A DNA stretch of 64,000 nt from Setoptus koraiensis. Taxonomy: Eukaryota > Animalia > Arthropoda. Below the pieces are notes generated by a model. That model did no database searches and was not told where the DNA came from. It was given only the letters and a program-made list of their open reading frames with translations. Made by a program: the position numbers and the translations under genes. The DNA lies in NCBI GenBank assembly GCA_048013815.1, contig CM106586.1, positions 22,630,001-22,694,000 on the forward strand, in the 5' to 3' direction. Below, one piece after another: positions 57,758 to 64,000 of the stretch; position 1 is the stretch's first letter; the number at the start of each line of letters is the position of its first letter.

Positions 57758-58988
57758 GTGAGTACAACATTGCATAACAATTACGCTGACCGTTAGATTA
57801 ACGCCAGCCAATCAGCTAACAATTAACAATTAGCGCTGCAAGCAAGATGCCGACAATGGCGCAACAATGCAACCAAATCAATGACGCAATCAATGATAAA
57901 TGCGCCCGGTTGGCCCCATTGAGAGCAGCGGATGCGGCTCGGCTCGAGCGATTCAATCAGCTCCAATTGTCCGAGCGATGTCCGGCTAATTGTGTGGCCG
58001 TTGTGCACTGATTGTGGGATTCGGTGACTCGCGCAATTTGTGAAACGCAAGCCGGCAGCGGCACCCAAGCAAGGTGTGCTGTTGGCTCACAAAACGGGCG
58101 AGTTGCTCACAATCAAGATTAATAAAACTCACTTGTGCAATCAGTTACGTAATCGCGTTAGTTAGTGCATATCGTCGATGAATCGCTGCAACATTCAACA
58201 GTTAATTAGTCGACACTGTTGCTGGCCAGCCGACAATGGTCTCGACATTGTTGCAACGCGGGCCATTATTATTTAAATGATACATGCTCAATAATGATAA
58301 TCAGGCCGACAATAACAATGGTGAATCGGGCCATCGGGTGCGCCCGACATCCTGCTGACGCGTCGGGCAACCCGCTCATTTGTCGGTTGCTCACATCTGG
58401 CGCCAATTATTCAGATTTGGCGCCAATCGATTTGAACTTTGACTGGAGTCACTCAAATTGTTGGTCACTCGCTGCAGCCGATCAGCAATCATCTCTGAAT
58501 TGTGGCCTCACAATTTGTCCATTTTGGTGTGCCAACAGCTGAACCATTTGCCATCGACAACAAGGTGAAACAATAGTTGTAATCGAGAATGCATTACATG
58601 ACGAGACGGCCCCAGCAGGTGCCCCAGCAACGAAACAGCACATGGGCATGTGGGCAACTGGAGAATTCGGCCCGTTTCCGGCCCGAGTTCGGCCCGTTTC
58701 CGGCGCATACACCGTGCGTCGTGTATGGTGCACGATACACAATCAATTAGTCACTATCGGTTTGCATTGTCGTTAGTTGGGCTCGCTGTTAGTTTAGATT
58801 GCCGCTAGTGGCGATTGCTGTAAGTCGGCTGGTGCGATTAGCAGTCGGTCCGACAATAACAGTTGCCCATCCGCTTGCATCAGCTGTTGCTCTACAAGTT
58901 GCTGCGTCGGCTTTTCGTGCAGCCCCTCGAACCTCGAATTGCGAGCTTCGAACCTCGAATTTCGAACTACTCACTTTGAATTTCGAAT

Positions 58989-59079
58989 TTCGAGCTTCGA
59001 GCTTCGAGCTTCGAGCTTCGAGCTTCGAGCTTCGAGCTTCGAGCTTCGAGCTTCGAGCTTCGAGCTTCGAGCTTCGAGC
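58989..59079. repeat. Perfect heptamer array (TTCGAGC)13
   Basis: Read directly from the sequence. Confidence 0.95.
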
Positions 59080-59657
59080 TTCAAACTTGGAACCTCGAGC
59101 CTGCAACCGGCAACCGGCAACTCGGAACCTCGAATGGCCAATAGGCAATTATGCAACTGACAGGCGCAACTGCTTCTGTTGGCGTGTACGTGAGCATGTC
59201 GTAGAGATAAACATGCTCACGTAACATTACTCAAATGCCATTAGCGTTGCGTAACGAAACGCTGGCCTTGTGTGCTGCTGCTAACAAATTGCAAGCATGC
59301 AGCCACTAACGAGCGACACTGATGCTTGCGAATTCGAACATTCGCATATTAGAATTTCGAATGGCCTATTGCAGCATCAGAATTTGAATTGTCGGGTTGG
59401 CCGGCAACCGTTGGCGAGAATTTGGAGTGTGAGAGAATCTCGGAATTGCTGCGGAATTGGAGAGTCACAACATTGGCTGCCATGAGCCGGGCATCAGATT
59501 GGATCAGCTGTGATGAACAAGTTAATAACCGATAGGCAGCCTCGTTGCATGCTGCTGCAAGTCAGTCAATTAGTCCGACAACACTAATTGACTCAACAGG
59601 TGAATTTTAATCTCATTTCGTTCCGTTCTCGCTGGCTCAATCTAATATTATTAATAG

Positions 59658-59711
59658 ACTGTCCGCCGAACATATTGAACTGTCCAGTGTTCAATATGTT
59701 CGGCGGACAGT
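59658..59711. ncRNA. Perfect 23-bp hairpin with 8-nt loop; candidate intronic pre-miRNA-like structure
   Basis: ACTGTCCGCCGAACATATTGAAC (59658-59680), loop TGTCCAGT, GTTCAATATGTTCGGCGGACAGT (59689-59711). The inverted repeat is certain; RNA function is inferred. Confidence 0.35.
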
Positions 59712-62700
59712 GCACAAATGCCATGGCACGACAAATAGACACCACAAATAGCGACTTGTGACTCACAAGTTGTGAGACAGAGAAATGTGTGAGCTATATC
59801 TATCTAGCAATAGTATGTAGTCAGCTGATCGCTTTCAATTGGCTCGCTTACATAATTGAGGCCATTAACTGTTCACCTGTTGTTAATTGGACTGTTGGCC
59901 CATCCACCACAACACCATCGAGTCAGCTGATCGAGTCAGCTGATCGAGTCAGCACTGGCAGTTTGGTGATACTGCAGTTTGGCACCAACAGCCACATGAT
60001 GGCCACGACGAGATCAGCTGTGACAGCAGTGACATTGCGCAACATTGCGTAACTTGACAATTGTGGTCGGATGCCAACCGGCGAGGTGCCACCGGTTGTC
60101 GTTGTCGTTGTTGTCGTTGTTGTTGCTGTCGAGACTGAATAATTGGCCAGTATCGCTGGTCGTGTGCATCTTGGCATCAACAGCAGCGATGACAGCCAAT
60201 GACTGGCTCACAACAGCAACAACGACAGCAGCAGCGGCAACAACAACAACAACAGCAACAACAGCAACAACAGCGACAGCACCAGCGACAGCAACAACAA
60301 CAACTACAACAACAACAACGGCCATCCGAGCGGGGAATATTAATATATATTTTCATATTAATTATTAATGAAAAACATTGAGAAACACAAAGTGCGTGTG
60401 TGCTGATGGTTGCATCATGGCTGACGGAATCATCATGATTGGCAAGCTAATGCAATCGGATAATGACGATAATGCATTAGCATCACTATCAAGTGATGAT
60501 CGTTGTCTCGCAATGTCCGGCCAGCCAGTTGATAGCGCTTATCTGGTTTGTCCATCTTTTTACTTTAATTACTCTACTGCACTCTACTCAGTCTTTCATT
60601 ACGTAATACCAGCCGTGATGCTGGGCATAATACATTGCGCAATACATTGCGAAATACATTGCGAAATAGATTGCGTAATACTGGGCATAATGCGGCTGGC
60701 TGGCATGGCGTTTTGTATGCATTATTGTGTTGTTTTGGCCGAATCAAAACTATCTCACATGAAAAGTATTTTGATTTTAAAACTACTCACAAAGTCACTC
60801 ACTTATGTATTATGTAATACATCTCTCTCTCTCTCTCACTTAAACTGTATGTATGGCTGTATGTATGGCTGTATGTATGGCCGGTGGCCAGTCAGCCAGC
60901 AGACACATTATAACATTATAATATTATATCAGTATATTAGCGGCCGATATGTCTACCTGTCCATTGTGAGTCAGCTGTTAGTAGCAGATGATTGCTGCCA
61001 AAAACAGTGACTTTGCTCGCTGTCAATGGCAGCTGACTGGCTGGCGTTGCGTTTCATTGTGGCTCGCTGTGTTTTGTGAGTAAAACACTGAAATAAGATT
61101 GCACAGATTGCATAAGAGGCAGCAGCACCATTTATAAACATCTTACATAAGCATCTTGGCAATCTCGCAATTTGCGAGTCACAATTTGCGCTGATGAGAC
61201 GTGATGCGATAGAGCGCATTTGCCAGAAGTGATTCATTAATGATCAAGACGACGCATTAGCCCGGCGCATTATCCCGTGTGTGTCTGGCTACGTCGGCGG
61301 ATAATGAATTCAATTGTGCCGGCCACTGCCGGCTCGTTCTCAACGAACCCTGCCTGTGAGCCGATGCAATTCAGTGGCGAGCTTCGAAAAGGGCTCGCCG
61401 GAGCAGTCGCCACTGACAAGTTGTGAGAACTGGCCGGGTCGTCGCTGGCTTGCGCCGCCGTCCGCTGCCGTCCGCTCTTTGTCCGCTGTTGGTCCGCACC
61501 CGGGCCGCGCCAGACCGCCGGCCGGCCAGCGTTCAGACACGGACAGAGCGAGAGAGAGAGCGAGAGAGAGAGAGAGAGGCGGCCGAACGGCGCGCATGAT
61601 TATGTCGCTGGATCATGCTCATGAACTTGATTATGGAACCACGATGATGATGATGACGATGATTATCATTATCATTACTATTATGCAACACACAACATGA
61701 CCGTCAGCGGCCGAACAAGGTGCAACAGGTGAATTCGGTGGTGCGGCAACTGGCGAGTTGCTTCGCTGGCCGTGGCGTCGCTGGCCGTGGCGTCGCTGGC
61801 CGTTGCGTCGCTGGCTGTTGCGAGATGCGAGTCGCCAGTTGCCGCAGAAACAACGGCCGCCCAAGGAACAATTCGCAAAGAATTCCAATTGGCTGCAGAA
61901 TTGTTCGCAGCGCAACGGAGAATTCCGCGGCCAATTCGAAGCCAAGCGCCGATTCGAATATTCTGGCCAACGCCGATTAGTGGCTTTGTACGCGCTTGGC
62001 GGCAGCGCCGGCCACTCGGCCGACTCAGGCCAAGTGGGCACAGTCGAGCGGCCAGAGTTCAACTGGCCCGCTCACCTGTCTGCTGTTGTTGTTTCTAATG
62101 GGCAACAACAGACGAGAATTCTTAGGCGCACTGCGAATCGCCGACAATTTCCGACAATTGCACTCAACGAGCAATCGTTGACTCCGGCGGCGCCGGCTGC
62201 GGCCCATCGCTGGCCGGCAGCCGCTCAATGGTCAGCCCATTGAGCGACCAAGCGAATCAGCTCACGTCTTCATCGGTTTGTTGCGCCATTAGTGCACATC
62301 AGTGGCTACAAAAATTTGAAAGAGCCGCCAGGTAAACGAGCTGCGGATGAACGAGCCCGGCGAAAGACGCGCACAGACGAGCCCGCAGATGGACGGGCCG
62401 CCAATCTCACAGAGTGTCAACACTGAAAGCTACACGAACGGCCGCCTAGCGGCCGCAACGGGCCCAAGCGGCCGGCACCTAAATCAAAAAACTTCGGCCG
62501 AGGCGTGCGCGGCTTCTCGGCGCTTGCGCAACGCAATTCGCTGGCCCCTCGCAAGCTTGCCACAGGCAAAGAATGCTCTCAAAGAATCATTACGTAACTA
62601 ATCAATTGTTTGCTCACAATTTGTTCCACCGCCCCCCCCCCAAACCGTTACCTGGCCCACAAACAAACAAACTGACCAACAAACTGACCAACGCACAAAC

Positions 62701-62949
62701 TGACCAACGCACAAACTGACCAACTGACAAACAAACAAACGGATCGACCCACAAACAACGCACACACAATGTTTCGCAATAATGCGCCGTGTTGCGCAAC
62801 AAATCGCCCAAATTGATCAATCAACCGATTTGTGCCGAACCGCAACTAAATCGCGCGCCTTAAATGGCCAAAATCGCCAATGGAAACGAACGACGACAAC
62901 GACAACAATCACAATGAATGATGCAACCACCACCAACAACAAACAACAG

Positions 62950-64000
62950 CAAAACGAGACCGCCATGGACATTGCGCTACGCAAAGATCTAATTGAGATA
63001 CAGGAATTGATTGCAAATCCGCCCCCTAGGGGCCAGAGTCAGAAACACAGCCATAGCCGTTTAAATCGTTCCAACAGCAAGCTTGCCAGCAGTACAAATG
63101 TCGCACAAGATGCCAACAACAGCGACGACCAACAACAACCACCAGAGCACCGGCACAATGATTTTGATCAGTCGGACAATGACAATGACGACAATGACAA
63201 CGACAATGATGCACACAATCATCATCGTCATCATAGACGAAAACGGCATCATCATCATCACGGCAACAATCATCATAGGCAGCATCATCATCGTCATCAT
63301 CATCCAACAACAACAACAACAACAGCGGCACCGACTGCTGACCACCAAACAAATGTGTACATTTCTAGCAAATCTATTCGTCATCAGAGGCGCCACTTGC
63401 AACGACTAAAAATTGCTCAACAACAGCAACAGACGGAAACTGGCACACTGGAGCCAGCGCCATCTACCAGTGATAATGTGATCAACCGACAGCATCAAAG
63501 CGATGCTGTTACGCAAGGCACAAATTATGGTTATGCTACCACCGCCAATACCACAACAAACACAATAATAGGCCAACAACAACAACAACAGCAGCAACGA
63601 TTGAGGCGGCCCCATGCCAATCATCATTACAATCATCATCAGGGCTCCTCTAGCGGAAGTTGCAGTAGCTCTAAATCGGCCAGGTTACGTTTGAGCAGGT
63701 TGCGGCTACAATCGTCGTCGTCGGCGGCACTGCGACACAACAACAGTAACAGCAACAAACAACAACGTTCGTTACTGTTACACAATAGGCCCAACAGTGC
63801 AACATTGCAACTGGCTGGCGCTTGTGGCACCGGAACCGGAAGTGTCACGGGGCCGCTTGCTGGCACTTCCGGCAAGATGGTGTCAGCGCAATTGGGTGGC
63901 ACAACTGGTGCCGCGAGATTGCAAAGTTATAGTTCGAGTCAGTTGGTGCTAAACCAACAACAGCAACAGCAACTACAACTACTGCAGCACCACGTGAAAC
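62950..64000 (+). CDS. ANKRD6: ANKRD6/diego-like, coding exon 6 (ankyrin repeat 6 plus low-complexity tail); runs off the window end
   Basis: aacaacag|QNETAMDIALRKDLIEIQELIANPPP completes the last repeat. The frame stays open for 350 codons to base 64000 and is rich in D/N, H, Q and S tracts. Confidence 0.88.

Larger units (their letters stand above)
4877..62949 (+). other. Five GT-AG introns of the ANKRD6-like gene: 10582, 24755, 14591, 2557 and 5192 bp
   Basis: Defined by the in-frame joining of the six exons into a continuous six-repeat ankyrin domain. Introns are 4877-15458, 15558-40312, 40412-55002, 55102-57658 and 57758-62949. Confidence 0.88.

Noticed and set aside
58989-59079. (TTCGAGC)n and TTCGAA patches as heat-shock elements
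   Set aside because: HSEs need alternating nGAAn/nTTCn pentamers (TTCnnGAA). These arrays lack that spacing.
60378-61010. 210-aa ORF with a GPCR TM5-like stretch (ALYSVFHYVIPAVMLGIIHCAI)
   Set aside because: No other GPCR helices or motifs; the flanks are 12-bp tandem repeats and a CT run, and it is on the same strand as the host intron.
1-64000. CRISPR arrays, tRNA/rRNA genes, transposase, reverse transcriptase or viral ORFs
   Set aside because: All repeat arrays are head-to-tail without unique spacers. I saw no tRNA cloverleaf or A/B boxes, rRNA motifs, DDE or RT motifs. Short degenerate elements could be missed without a RepeatModeler/Infernal run.

Overview
This is eukaryotic genomic DNA. 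I infer an arthropod, most plausibly an acariform (eriophyoid-type) mite, from the gene set, the intronless housekeeping genes and the pervasive CAA/CAG microsatellites; this is not proven. The first 3.7 kb is a compact AT-richer block: the last exon of a papain-family cathepsin L (+), an intronless Rieske Fe-S subunit UQCRFS1 (-) and an intronless mitochondrial poly(A) polymerase-like gene (+). The remaining 60 kb is one plus-strand gene that the ORF track does not assemble: an ANKRD6/diego-like ankyrin-repeat gene. Its exons are 4706-4876, 15459-15557, 40313-40411, 55003-55101, 57659-57757 and 62950->64000. The four middle exons are each exactly 99 nt, phase 0, and encode one ankyrin repeat; the introns total 57,677 bp. 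Nested antisense in those introns are a Gly-rich secreted-type protein (13378-14280), a secreted GAPR-1-like CAP protein (2 exons, 21407-22934) and two unrecognised spliced candidate genes (29144-30259 and 41675-43640). Most 3' splice sites lack a polypyrimidine tract, and several are CAA-rich instead. The introns are saturated with CAGGTGAG (at least 37 copies) and TTACGTAA (15 copies), short tandem arrays, palindromes and one perfect 23-bp hairpin. I found no tRNA, rRNA, CRISPR array or transposase. Most ORFs in the supplied track are artefacts of GC-rich, repeat-rich intron DNA.
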